NCBI GenBank assembly: GCA_030141605.1
Contig: JAQGDQ010000111.1
Location: 248,001 to 312,000 of the forward strand
Reading direction: 5' to 3'
Source of the DNA: Tubiluchus corallicola
Taxonomy: Eukaryota > Animalia > Priapulida
Length of the DNA: 64,000 nucleotides
The first letter of the stretch is position 1. Every line of letters begins with the position of its first letter. Positions 1 through 12,510 of this stretch are shown here, piece after piece. Under the pieces are notes generated by a model. It was given only the letters and a program-made list of their open reading frames with translations. It did not search any database and was not told the origin of the DNA. A program made the position numbers and the translations under genes.

Positions 1-480
1 TGTCCACGATTCTCTAAGAAGCTTTAACTTAGTAGGGAGGCATAAGAAGAAATTTTTTGGTAAAAGAGGATAGGATAGTGATGACCCGCAAAGGAGGGAA
101 TCTTTCTAAATAGGCAGAGTTGATATGTCTGCTTTATCTTACAGCTGTGTTATTTTTTGTTTGTTTTGCAAGAATATTTTTTGCCGGGAAGTTTCAGTCC
201 AGCGAAATATTGTACATGCAATTTTTTGTTGAGTTGTACTTTAAATTTAAAAATTCTTGTTTTGCCTTGTGTGAAGAAATATTTACAAAGTTTTTTTAAG
301 TAAAATTGATTTTTATTTGCTGCTTCTAATATGCTCGAACTTCAACAGAAAACTTGTGCATGAAACCCCATGCTATAGCTGCTTATTGTAGTGTTGTTTT
401 TGTCCAGAATAGCTGTTGCTTGGCTGCCATTGGCTTCTTATAGCTTTGCTATTTGCTAATATTTGTTTCTCATCCCGTAG

Positions 481-605
481 AATGCTGTGCGGCACAACCT
501 AAGCCTTCATAAGTGTTTTATGCGTGTGGAGAATGTTAAAGGAGCGGTGTGGACGGTCGACGAGATCGAATTCTACAAACGACGGCCTCAGAGGATGTCT
601 AGCGG
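481..605 (+). CDS. FoxP: FoxP forkhead-domain exon, canonical variant A (gene starts upstream of window)
   Basis: Acceptor ...catcccgtag at 480; translates [41 protein letters not shown](G), the diagnostic FoxP helix-3/wing sequence; donor GG|GTAGGT at 606, phase 2. Confidence 0.97.
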
Positions 606-747
606 GTAGGTGTCGTCAGCGTACGTTGACCCCGGCATGTCCTCGAACTTCGGCGGTCGGCCGCCTGCCTTACCGTCGGTTCGGGCAACTTGCCGGAGAT
701 CATTTCTTCTTTCTAACTGTTTGTCTTTTTTGTTTTTCGTCTCTCAG

Positions 748-893
748 AACGCCATACGTACCAACTTGTCGCTGCATAAATGTTTTGTAAGAATCGAGGA
801 CGAATTTGGATCCTTCTGGATGGTCGATGACGACGAATTTGCATTGCGGCGCCATCTAACACGTGGCCGACCGCGCAAATACATCGATGTACA
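748..893 (+). CDS. FoxP: FoxP alternative (mutually exclusive) forkhead exon B, like FOXP1-ES exon 18b and the insect alternative exon
   Basis: Polypyrimidine tract and ctctcag acceptor at 747; [48 protein letters not shown](Q); donor CA|GTAAGA at 894; same entry (0) and exit (2) phase as exon A. Confidence 0.93.
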
Positions 894-1619
894 GTAAGAG
901 TACCATTCAAAAATTTAGACGTGGAAAATTCACAAGTGGAAATCTTCACCACATATTAGTTATCAGTCTACAGACTGTTCTTTTAATGCATTTCCTTGTC
1001 GACCAGAGCAAAATAAGTAATGTGTCTGAAGTTGAGAAAGATCCAGAATTCCAAATTCGCGATCTTGCAAGATATTTGCGACTGACTCATTATTTTGTTG
1101 TTATTTATTTTCTTAGTTGTTGTGTTATAAATTTTCTTCTGGGTGTGGTGAAGGTTTCTGTGCTTGCTTATAAGTGTATTCAGCATGTTGTGTGTAACAA
1201 ATTCTAATTAAATGGATCATGCATGGAGCGAGATACTGTTTCACATACCGAGTTGAATCGATAATAATAATTGGGTCCATCGTACATCTATTAAAGGCAT
1301 GCAGTGAAGTAGTTGAATTGCTTTTTGTGGATATGTTTTGTTGTAACTCAGTTTTATGTGTAGATTAAATAAAATATCTGGCATAGTTTGTACGTGCCAG
1401 GCAGATGAGCATGTTTATTATTACATGTAAGTGCGACTTCGCTAATGTACAATGGACTGTATTTTGTTGGTAGTAGATGTTTGTTCTGCAAAATTTTATA
1501 AATGATAAATATTGTCAATAAATTCTAATCTAATCTGATGTATAACAGGTATAGATCATTCTAGCATCCTGCAGTATTTCGGCTATTGTTTAGTGTGTTT
1601 ATCAATTATTGTTCTAGAT

Positions 1620-1969
1620 CAGTGTACTTAACCTATACGTGCCGGCATCCCCATGGGCGCGAGATATTGTTTTTGAGGGTGTGAGAATTTTCTTAAAGAC
1701 AGCATTTTCGTTTTGCTCTTCGTCATTTAGTGTTTCATAGTTTTTTTTTGTTTCAAGTTGTCAAGTCGTTGAATTTCTTTATACTTTGACTCTACATTCT
1801 TACAATCTTCATCTTTGTCCTTGTTTGGTTATGCATCAGTTTTGGCATAACCTTCTATGCAGATATACGTAGACGTGTGAAAGGTGATTATAAGTCTTCA
1901 GCACTGGAGGTGCAGTATGCAATTTAAAATTTCAGTGGGTGCCTGCATAAAAAATGTTAAGCTTCACTG
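1620..1969. mobile_element. Non-autonomous hAT-type MITE in FoxP intron
   Basis: Imperfect TIRs CAGTGTACTTAAC / GTTAAGCTTCACTG; perfect 8-bp TSD TTCTAGAT at 1612-1619 and 1970-1977 (NTCTAGAN is a typical hAT target). Confidence 0.85.
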
Positions 1970-2135
1970 TTCTAGATTATGTACACTTTTTGCTTTCTGA
2001 ATTGTATGGAAATGAATTGAGATGAAAATGATGTTACCAGATTACTTTGGTATTTTTATCAGGGGTATGTTTTGAGCTATAATTCATAATTTTGGTCATC
2101 ATATTTAAATAAGTCATGCATGTTTATCTTTACAG

Positions 2136-2333
2136 GAGTAGTAGCATTAGCAAGAGTCCGCCAATGCAGCACAGCCCTACCTTGTACGGCGGTGAATCAC
2201 TCAACCATAGTCTTCAGCTGGCACTGGCCGAAAGCAATCTTCCTCTACTGAGCAGCAGTACGTCAGCTCCAGCAGAATTGGCTGCTGACCGACGCTCGAG
2301 CGACGACGATTCTCGTTCAGGACCGGAAGATCT
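2136..2333 (+). CDS. FoxP: FoxP post-forkhead exon
   Basis: Acceptor tttacag at 2135; phase fits both exon A and B; SSSISKSPPMQHSPTLYGGESLNHSLQLALAESNLPLL matches the conserved FoxP LNASLQAALAES.LPLL motif; donor CT|GTAAGT at 2334. Confidence 0.92.
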
Positions 2334-2856
2334 GTAAGTTAGTGGTCACTTGTAATGTGAGGATTCCTCTTTTGACTCGCTGAATTTTTCGCATTGTGCC
2401 GAAATCCTGACTGAACAAGTTAGAGTCCTATTTGACAGTAAACTTTCTCTACTGCATATGATTTGTCTTCATTCTGTAAGCATATCGCATATCTGAAACT
2501 AGTCAGATATGGTGAAGCTGGCGGACAGTCTGATGTCACTTTGTGCTGTCTGTACGGTGAGTCACACTACTGTTCCTTTCCAGGCAATACCTGGTTGGAT
2601 ATCTAATTACACAGTCCTATCCTATATTCTCAGTAGCATTGGCAAAATCGTTTGCTGGGAAATCAAATGTCTGCACTTCAGTGTTATTTGTGCTCTTTGA
2701 CTCGTGTTGTTTTCTTGTTTGCATAGAACTTTTAAATCGCTTGACCCCTGTAAATAATCAAACCAGTTTTGGTTGATCTTTCGACAGTGCAAAATGACGG
2801 CAAAGATCTTTTGTTATTGAGTATTAACAAATAAACATGTGCAATTTTTGTTACAG

Positions 2857-3229
2857 GAGCCGCAGTGCCACAGAACTTCTACTGAAGAGAGAACTTCAAG
2901 AAGAAGCGCTGGCACGACAGCATGACCAGCACTTGTATTACAACGGCGACGACGACATGGACGGACCAATCTCGTTAGTACAGCGCATGGAACCGACTCG
3001 GCCACATTCGCCCATCGTAGAGGAGCCCTTATACAGTGAACCGACACCCGAGTACCCCCGAGATTCTGAGTACTCTCGGGAGTACATAGAAACGACAGAT
3101 TACTCGCAAGTGGAGGACGAGCCTCGAGAACCGCCCGCCTCAGAACCTCTGCCTACTTTTACAGATGGTAGCCCTGATGAAGAATCCAAGAGACGAGTGC
3201 CGTTGGAGATGGTGGGCAGTTCTACTTAG
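2857..3229 (+). CDS. FoxP: FoxP terminal coding exon (acidic/Pro-rich tail)
   Basis: Acceptor ttgttacag at 2856; phase-compatible with previous exon; SRSATELLLKRELQEE...VPLEMVGSST*, TAG at 3227-3229. A weak donor (GTGGGC at 3212) cannot be excluded. Confidence 0.8.
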
Positions 3230-3864
3230 CAACCGTCGTTAGGGATGTATTTGTCAACAAACTTCCAGTGTGTAAATAGTAAACAGGGTAGTTGTAATTT
3301 GTGAAGCCCAGTGACTTAATGCATTGTGGTTGGTAATCGCACAAAATGTACAGATGTTGTGCCATATTTATCGATCATGCAAGATGTAAAAACTTTTACC
3401 ATTGCAGCATGGTGCAGACTTGCAGTTTGATTTGTGCCATATCTTGAGATTTTTGAATATTTACTAACTGAAGCTTATAATGGCACAGCCAGCGGTGAAG
3501 ACATTTGTTGTAAATTACATTATCGCAGACAGTCGCTTTTGAAGTTTTTTGACAACTTGTGTCTTGGTGACCTTGAGGCAGCATTTATGACGACTCTTAT
3601 CAAATTGACTCCACAGCAGGGCACCCAGGTCAGCAGGGCGCAGTGTAGCAGCAGCAATAGATGTGGAATGCTGAGATTTTTGACTTGCACACAATGTGGA
3701 AACTTGATTGGAAATCTTTGTCGGAATTGTCATCTGACTTTGCAAACTGGATTTTTCGTTTGAAGACTTAATGCATCTCAGTTAGTTGTATCGAATCTTC
3801 CTTATCAATCTGTGATACATTTGAGACTTGATCGCAGAGATTCTGCTTTATAGCATTTTAGAAT

Positions 3865-3895
3865 CATATATTATATATATATATATATATATATA
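3865..3895. repeat. (TA)n microsatellite
   Basis: Directly visible. Confidence 0.9.
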
Positions 3896-4254
3896 CGTGT
3901 ATCGATTTGAATGGAATAGGTTTACTGCGTACGTTTAAACTTGCTGATTTTAGATTAGCTTTATAAGCTTCAATGTTCATTTTAGGTTGAGTGACCTTTA
4001 CTGCTGTATTCCACGTGTGAAAAAGTTGGTTTCTCTGTGTTGTGAGTGACGGGTCTTCCACATTGATTTCTAAAACGTGTACGCAGCAGGCTACCCGTCG
4101 CATAGAAACAGTTCCATTTAAAACAAAAATTTTAAGCACTAGTTTAGGTGGGATCCGTAGTTTCTTTGGCAGCATTCGGACTTGCAGTAATACGATTTTC
4201 TGTGTTATTGTTTATTGTGGGGACTTGTGTTTACATGGATAGCAAAAATCAGAC

Positions 4255-4385
4255 TCGGGTACCCTATTCCTTACACCCGTCAGGTACCTAATTGTTAAGA
4301 TTCAGTGGCAGTGAAGAAACTGTAATCATTTATATTCAAAAATAAAAACAACCACTGGTGCATTTTAACTAACTGAATTGTCATT
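4255..4385 (+). repeat. Dispersed repeat fragment, second copy at ~14540-14655
   Basis: Shared blocks GGTACC...TTAAGATTCA(G/A)TGGC(A/T)GTGAA...AAATAAAA(A/T)CAACCA...GTGCATTT at both loci. Confidence 0.7.
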
Positions 4386-7364
4386 AGTGCTTGCCTCGTG
4401 ACATTTTTTATCATTGCTGAAACAGTGAGAATCTACTATCATAAATACTGTAATCTTGGCCACCCCTTGTTTAACTTGAACCGAGATAAGACGTAGAAAG
4501 TTTGTTTAAACAGACTCAGGTGGCCTAGAATTTATATCTTATTAGTCGTTTCTCATGTTATTTGCTTTTCTATTAAGACGTTTTTCAGTGTAGTAAACTA
4601 TGCGGAATTAATAAATTCTCATCTTGTTAAGTGAAATGCTGCCAATTATATATTTTTCAAAAACGGAGGCCCTAGTCAGTGAGTTTAAGTTCAGATTATA
4701 CTTACAACCAATTGTTGCATTTATATTTTACCAAACTTATAAACTTAGTGTGAATTATCTGCATTCAGTACATGGTAATTTGACTGAAATGCTCCTGTCT
4801 TCTCTTATTTTTATGGAAATCATAACAATATGGCTACTTCCAGACCTGCAGTTTCTTCAAATGCTTTATTTGTTATTATTCCATTGCAAGGAACACCTGT
4901 GGTTGTAGTTCAAAATTCTCAAGCAGATTTTTATCATTGCATTTCCCATTTTAACATTCATTGATCATTAGAGGCTAAACTTTTTAAAAAATAGGCTAAC
5001 ACGTAGTTCATTTGTGTATATATTTCAGACATTGGTTAGCTGAATACACATTTACTATGCTGTTACTTACTTCAAAATATTTTGAAAACGACTAATACTG
5101 TATAATGTTTTTTCTTAGTTACTGTGTTTTGAATACCTTGAAAAGGACAAGACAATATAAAAAGGAGCCAGACTTTCACTAAATGCAGTATGCAATATTT
5201 CTTTTGGCACAAGAAGTCTACATGTTAAAAAACGGATCATTTTGATAACTATGTATATTATGATAGTCGATGTATGTATACTGTAGATACCTCGAGTTTT
5301 TATTTTTAATTTTTTGGCAGTGACAGGGGGGGCAGTGATAAGCATTATTAGGATTTTATTTCCTGGCATACTTCAATGTTGGGGATTTTAAAACAGTTTT
5401 TGATTTTTACTGATGTTTGTAGCTAATGGAAAAAAAATTGTCTTTTGGTGAGCGGAAGTTGTCAGTAATTTTTCTGAAGTGATAAACACTGGAAATATAT
5501 AAAAAATGGGAAATTTTTTATATGGCATTCTATAATGTTAGCAGCGGTTACTGTTTTTTTTGCAGTATGTTATGTCTGCAAGGTATCAAATCCACAAATT
5601 ATCGATCATTTAAAAGTTATTCTTAACGTTAACTTTTGCATTGTGATGTTTACCAGTAGATGCAAACTACTTGTAAGGTGTAATCAGTTCATTTGAGATA
5701 ACTTCTGTCCTTTAGTACAAATTTAAGCAAAAATTTTGATAATTAATAGTAAAATTGTACATTTGTAATAAGTACTTGAGAAGACTGTTATTGAAATTGA
5801 CCTGCTTAATTTTTAGATCTAAGAGAAACTTTGTGGCAAACATACATTAGTATGTGTTATTTTGTTTAAAGTGGATATTAAATTTATTTATCTCTCCCAA
5901 ATCAACTAGAGTGCGCTGTGAGCACTATAAAATGCTGTACATACATTTTGTTTAGTTTTGAATTAAAGTGAGCTTCTCGACAGTTGGACGCATGTATGGG
6001 CTTAAGAGCAGGGACATTTGTATTTTAACTTTTAAGTAGAATATGTAATTTTATTATGTTGTTTTGTTACAATTTAAACAATGCTATTGGAAATCCCAGA
6101 ATACAGTTTTTATAATGTATAAAGTGCTCCTTATCCATGTTACCTAACATGTTTATTTTCAATTGATTTGGCAAAAATCATTTCAGACTTTAGAACACAA
6201 GTGTTCCGCCATTGTTATAACAATATTGTATTGTAGCAATAAATAGTATATATTGAAATTATATGGACCAAATATGAACATTTCCCAATACAAGTATGTT
6301 TAGAATGTGTCTTATCATAGATTTTGTGGGTTTTGTTTTTGTTACTTACGCTATCAAAAGTTAGACAATTTACAAGCTGCCTTGGTAAAATATAAGTCAG
6401 CAGTTTGAAATTAAAAGTTTTGAAATTCAATTAACATCTGCAAATTTAAGCTATTTTTGGCTGTAAAGTATGTTTTTTAGCTTTATGGAAATCAGTCTTT
6501 TATTAGCTTGCATTGAGAAAACTTATGAATTATAGAACACTGTTATACCATGACTGAAGTGATACACGATGAACCAAAAATAGTAATGTAATTTGCTACA
6601 AAGTACCCATTTAATTAAAATTCTCCAAGTTTTATTCATGACGAAATAACAAATTAATGGTTAATTTTTTTAGACAACACTTAAATAATTGGTAACTACA
6701 CAATCCAATCATGACATCAGTACAGCCATTAAACCCAGCATTAACTTGAAATTTGAATCTCTGACCTCAAAATTTGCCAAGTTTTTTTACGTTTCACTTG
6801 GCAGCAGCAATGTAGTCACCTTTTTCACAAATGTATGTGCAAAGTACTTTGAAAATTTCTGCCGTGGAAAATTTTTATTCAACAATGATGTCATTGCTAG
6901 TGCCATTAGTTGAGTTTTAAGCTTATATTTAATTATAAGAAGAATTTACTTGGAAATTATTATAAATAATGAAATCTAATATTTAGACTTTATAAGAAAT
7001 AAGCAAAATGAGGCATGGTCTGAAAAATGGATCTGTTTTCCTTTAAACCTAGTAGCTGCTTTTCTTCATTAGCAATTTCACATGTCAAAGCTCTCATATT
7101 TGATAAAAAAATCAACCTAATTGTTTTATTTTTCCTTAATTGCTTTGATTTGAGTTTAGTATCGATGAGCAAAAAACTTGGAGAGTTCTTCCAACAAGGT
7201 GTTCGTAGTATTTTAATGTTAATATAGTTTTATGAACGGATGACTTGATCTGTGGAATGTCTCACATTACTACAAATATTACAATATTTACACACACGAT
7301 TCTTGTTAAAGCACCACCTAGTGGCAATTATTGAAACTCTTGCAGTTCACTTCACAAGCATTCA

Positions 7365-10300
7365 TCAAGTGGGAACTTTGTATATTGCCGTGGTGATGCC
7401 ATCCTTGGATCTGATTAATATATTCCTGTAAGAAAAGATAAACATTAGAGGAGGGCAGGATAAAAATTTTCACAGCACGAACAAATTCTAGTTTGTGAAA
7501 AGTTTCAATTGAAAGATTTTTTAGGTAAAACATTTGTACAGGCTGTTCCAAAAGATACAGTACCACAGACTTATATGAAATATTACAATTTGAACCTGGT
7601 TTTCTCAAGTGTATGTTTTTTGTATCCTTCATGTAATTTTGCTAATATATAACTTGGTTCATAAACACATTACTGGGATTTGCTTGGAGTAATTTTGGTG
7701 TGCTCAGAGGTGTTCTCATAGCATTTGTTAGGGCACAGTTTATTTTGGAACAGCCAGTATGATCAACTTGAAAAAGCTGGCCACAATTAAAAAGGGCAAC
7801 AAGCAATTTTAGGCTGACAATCAAAAACTTTCCTTGTAAGATATTTTACATTCATGAATATGATTTACATGAATAATGAAATACAGTTAAATCTTTTTAT
7901 ACCGCCTACTTTGGGAATGCCAAAAAATGTGGCATTATAACGAAATGCCTTAATACTTACATGTCTATGCAAATATAGACATTTTGTTTTGTGAAAACAC
8001 TGGCACTAAGTGAAGTTGGCATTATAAAGGGGGCATTATAACGAAGTTTGACTGTATAGTTAAAACTGATAGTGCATTTACTAATCATATTTGATGTTCT
8101 GATTAAATTATGTTTGTGTTTTAAGTGTATTTACTTTCTCTTCTGAGAAGTTTCACACCATTTTGGTATGACTGCCTAACGTCATTAATTAACGTGTCGC
8201 AAAATTACAGTTTTGCTATCGTTACGTTTTTCAGAATAAACTGAAAAAGACAAGAAGAACTAAAGGTAAGAAGAAGTATAACATTTTGTTACATGCCTGT
8301 GTGTTATTTTTTAGATATAAAACAAAAAGTATAATATACAATGTCTCACTCTTATAATTTATAACACAAAAAGATAAAAAACAAAGAAGATTACATAGTT
8401 GTATGCAAAGAAGCACATAACACATTTTAATGATAAACATTTTTATTGACATATTCATGAAAGTGAAATGAAAGAGTCCATATTTACCCAAACAATGAGC
8501 CAATTAAACAAAGGATACTGATGATTCATTACGGAGAGAAAACCATTACTAACCATTGACCTGAACCTATCACTAACAACATTTTAAAACTAATCTAATG
8601 TCAGTTTTTTCTACTTCTGTATACGAACAAAATGACTTACCCTGCATCACTCTCTAAACTAATTATTGGTGAAGCATCCGACTCTGGTTCCAGCATGAGT
8701 GCTTGGTTAGCAAGGGTGGCTATGGCACCAGCACTGTTGCTAGGTACACTTCCTCGCACTAAAATAGCAGAAAAAAAGCACATAAGCAAAGCCATCATGA
8801 CCATGCTGCATTAGACTGTGTAATCTGAAATGCTACAGAATACATAAAATGGTTACAAGATTGATTAATATCGCATTAAAAGGGAAGCTGAACAGCAGAT
8901 ACTTTGTAAATGTTTCTTCAAAACTTAAAATGAACAATTAAATTCACACATGATGCAAACATCTTATACACGCGATAACAGGCTGCCACCAGCCAAATAC
9001 GAGATGAAGTGCTGCAAACAGGACTTGGAAAACAATCAGCAGATTTACGGAAAAATTTTTTACTTTGAAGTCACATGGCAACAATGACTTGCAAGTCGGT
9101 CTTGTAAATAACCTACTTAAAGAAAAAGGTCCTTAGTTGATACAAGAAAAATCGGGCACCGGGGTCAATGAAGTACTCACATAGTAGATATGTGGGCCTC
9201 ATTTTGCTGTTATTTGGGTATTTCAAACTGTCATTATTCAGCATTTGTTCTAAAATTCCATGCATGATTTTTTCATACAGACAGCATTTAGTCACACATT
9301 TATATGAATTTTATACTTTGCAAAAATAAACTTAAGCTACTAAGAAGTATTTTGCGAATGAAAAATGAAAATTTGACAGCCAAATAACAATTCAAGTCTT
9401 TTAAGCTGCTGGTAGTTCAAAAATAATTTTGTAGATGACAGCACTAATGATGAAGACATTTTCATGTGATATTGCAAAACATTCAATCAATATCACAGAA
9501 AAAACAACAAAAGCTCATTTCATAAAGTTCACCTAAGCGCATGTTAGTCTGTCTTGTTCGCTTTTCAGCTAACACAGTTCTGCCAAACAGGAACATTAGG
9601 ACCAAAAACTACTCATTAAATTTAGTTGTATGCTGGAATTAACAAATCATTTTTTGAATTTTCAATTTGTTATGGCATAACAATTAACAAACGTATCTAT
9701 AATAACATCTATAAAGTTTGTATCTTACCGCCAAGACAGAGTCCATTTTTATCAGCGCAAACCACTCCGGTTACTCCATGAGCATTCATCCTAAACAGAT
9801 GACATGAACATCAAAAGAAAAGTACAATCAATTAACGCTTTAAAATAAAATTCATAATTTAAAAAAAAATCTTGCTAACATGGATGTAGGAAATTTTTTG
9901 CACAGACAATGAGTGATGCTTTTTTAACAAACTTTTAACACGACTTAATATTTTTATTTATTAATTTGTTATTTAGCAGATGTTTACTAAACATCTAGTT
10001 CGAATAAACATTTAAATAAAGAATTAATAAATAAAAATTACAAGTCTGTTAAACGTTAAAAGTTTGCTAATAAGCATCACTCATTGTCCATTACCTGGAA
10101 TTGTTTGACATTTTTACACACAAAATTCAAACTGTACGAAACCCCAAGAAACACAACTTGTTCAAAACTTAAAAATCAAAAATCAAAAAATGTAAAAAAC
10201 ATTTTAGTATTTTATATGGTCAATATCATAATCATCATCAACACACTCATTTCCATCGTCATCATAATAATCACTGAAGCTGTTAATATGGTCATTCAGA

Positions 10301-10474
10301 TCGTCGCCATTCTCATCAACGTCAACAACTCTCATTAATTAATTATCATCACAGGGGGCATTGTTATCAAGACCACTATTAAACTAATTTCTAATTATCA
10401 TAGATCATCTAACTAAGGGTTTTTTCTCACAGTACTCACGCATCATCAAGAACCTTCTCAAGCGGCTGCTCCAT
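7365..10474 (-). CDS. LAMTOR5: Ragulator complex protein LAMTOR5 (HBXIP), 91 aa, 4 coding exons
   Basis: Exons 10440-10474, 9729-9790, 8641-8758, 7365-7425, all GT-AG, phases consistent, total 276 nt: MEQPLEKVLDDAMNAHGVTGVVCADKNGLCLGVRGSVPSNSAGAIATLANQALMLEPESDASPIISLESDAGNILIRSKDGITTAIYKVPT*; co-linear with recalled human LAMTOR5 (VGVLCTDSQGLNLGCRG...[24 protein letters not shown]). Confidence 0.95.
7539..7757. mobile_element. Tc1/mariner-type MITE (family shared with 34621-34762)
   Basis: TA-flanked TIRs CAGGCTGTTCCAAAA / TTTTGGAACAGCCAG; internal similarity to the 34.6-kb copy (GTGC(C/A)CTAACAAA). Confidence 0.75.
7884..8054. mobile_element. pogo/Tigger-like MITE
   Basis: TA-CAGTTAAATCTTTTTATACCGCC ... 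GGCATTATAACGAAGTTTGACTG-TA; internal repeats of GGCATTATAA. Confidence 0.75.
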
Positions 10475-11187
10475 CGCTGGTCTAATTTCACCAGGCATCA
10501 GCTTTTCTGCATGAAAAAGAAAGAATTTTTAGTCATTAGTAGAACAAAACAGCGCAGCCAAGAAACAAGGCTTTGCAGTTAAAGTCAAATTAAACCCTCA
10601 ATATAATATAAGCTTTCACAACTTAAAAACCTATTCTCATTACGCATATTCAATTATTCTTTTTACAAACATATTGCAGAACTTGTTTTTTTTTTCATTT
10701 TTACACTTTGTTGTTAGCGGTATTAAATTTGAACAGCCGACATTTTCATTACGTGAGACGAATGATGTTATGAGTATAGTCACGAGGCTACCAAATATCC
10801 TTAAACAAACATTGGTAACCAAAGGCATTTTCTCTACTACGTATGTCATTCTCGCTCACTCGCACAAAAGATGCAAAACATGGCGATCTTTACTGCAATG
10901 CAAGCATTTGAAATTCGCCAGAAAAAGATTAATTATTTAATTTACACGTTTCTTTTGTTTAATAATAGCTATGAATTTCTGTGTAATCATAATGTGTTTA
11001 AAAAAACTTCAATCTCTGCTGGAGTTATATAAGCCTTTGAGAAATCCAAGTTTAGGAAAAAGCACACACAGTAAACAATGTATCAATCTTTTTCTTGTTC
11101 TCTGGCCAATTACGATTTGGAAAATTTACCAGTAAAAAAACCATATCGGTATAGCCATACTGGTATGCATAACTTATTCTTTGACAG

Positions 11188-11263
11188 GCAAACTGGTCAA
11201 AAGGAAAAGAATAACGGAGATGTCATTATGGCTGCTTAGGAAAGTTAAATGATGCTGGTACAG
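11188..11263 (+). other. Candidate 5'UTR exon of the F-box/WD40 gene
   Basis: ttattctttgacag acceptor and CAG|GTTAGT donor; no long ORF; the ATG-containing exon downstream has its own acceptor at 14133. Confidence 0.35.
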
Positions 11264-11569
11264 GTTAGTAAATAAGCATGTGATTACCAGGAGTACATTT
11301 TCTAAGTAACCAGACCTATGCTGCAACATCATATTGCTCGTACTGGTGTTGCCGTATAATTATTAGTTTAGGGCCATAATAATGGCATAATTTCATTACT
11401 TTATTAAATGGAATGCAAGTAGATTTTGCAATGTCAATTTACAAGAATCCAAGGAATCAAATTTCTGACTTCCCAAGTGTCCAACAGTGGTGGGAAACAG
11501 TTTTTCTTACACTAAATGCCAAAAAACAGCAACAAAGTTTAATTTAATGTGAAGTACATTTGTTGGAAG

Positions 11570-12510
11570 CGGAGTAGGACAATAGCCGAAGTAGGTCAAT
11601 TGGCATACATGAGCTAGCCCAAGTAGAATGCATCATACATAGGTTGCCCAAGTAGGACATTAGAGACAGGTCACAAGTTGAGTCATTAACCGTACTGGCA
11701 ACATCTGTTGTCCTTATTTATTTAATAATAATAATTGAAAACGGCAACACACGTTGAATAATTTATTATACATCTGATAAAATCATCTTATTCTGAACTA
11801 GTAAAATGGTCAATGTTAAATTTGACTTTGATATTATTCTTTTTTAAGTGAAATAAGCCTGCATTTTAGGCGATTGCAACATTTGCTTAATGCATAATAT
11901 CATTTTTCATTTTGTCTCGCTTCACAGACAGGTGACCTGTTTCACTACCTCTTGGACAAATAATTGTCTTCTACTAAGTAAACAGGCTACTGAGCTATGT
12001 GCCCTACATAGTTTCTTTCTTTAAAGCATTATATACTTAGTTTAATGTTATGATGATATTAATGGAGCTAATAATAATGATGATATTATTGTAAAAAATA
12101 CAAAAAAAACAATGGGATTCAAATTCAATGGGAACAAAATGTTCTGATGGCATGACCTTCCTTTATCTGCGATGGTGCCACTATATTCAAAATTACAGTT
12201 TTAGTTAATTCAGTATAATGGAGGGGCAAATAGCATGATTTATACTAATATCCCAATCTCTGGATTTGTAAATTGTCAAGGACTATTGACAGTATTGTCA
12301 ATGTGACTATCCATCATTATTATTATAAAGTTACTTTTCTTCTAAAACAAATTTAGTTTTATGTTTTATTATATCATAATTCTCGATAGAAATTGACAGT
12401 TTCCTACTTGGGTTGACCATGTACGACACTGCTTTTCGGCAAATTTAGCACCTCCACTTTAGCGGAAGTGTCCTACTGGGGCTAGTGGCGTACTCTGCGC
12501 CCTACATACT
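11570..12510. mobile_element. Degenerate DNA-transposon remnant with inverted subterminal repeats
   Basis: Repeated (CCCA)AGTAGGAC motifs at 11573-11660; inverted copies TCCTACTTGGG and GTCCTACTGGG at 12402-12485. Confidence 0.45.

Noticed and set aside
3434-3763. 109-aa ORF ending in CxxC...CxxC
   Set aside because: GTG start, lies in the presumptive FoxP 3'UTR, no convincing splice sites or recognisable family.
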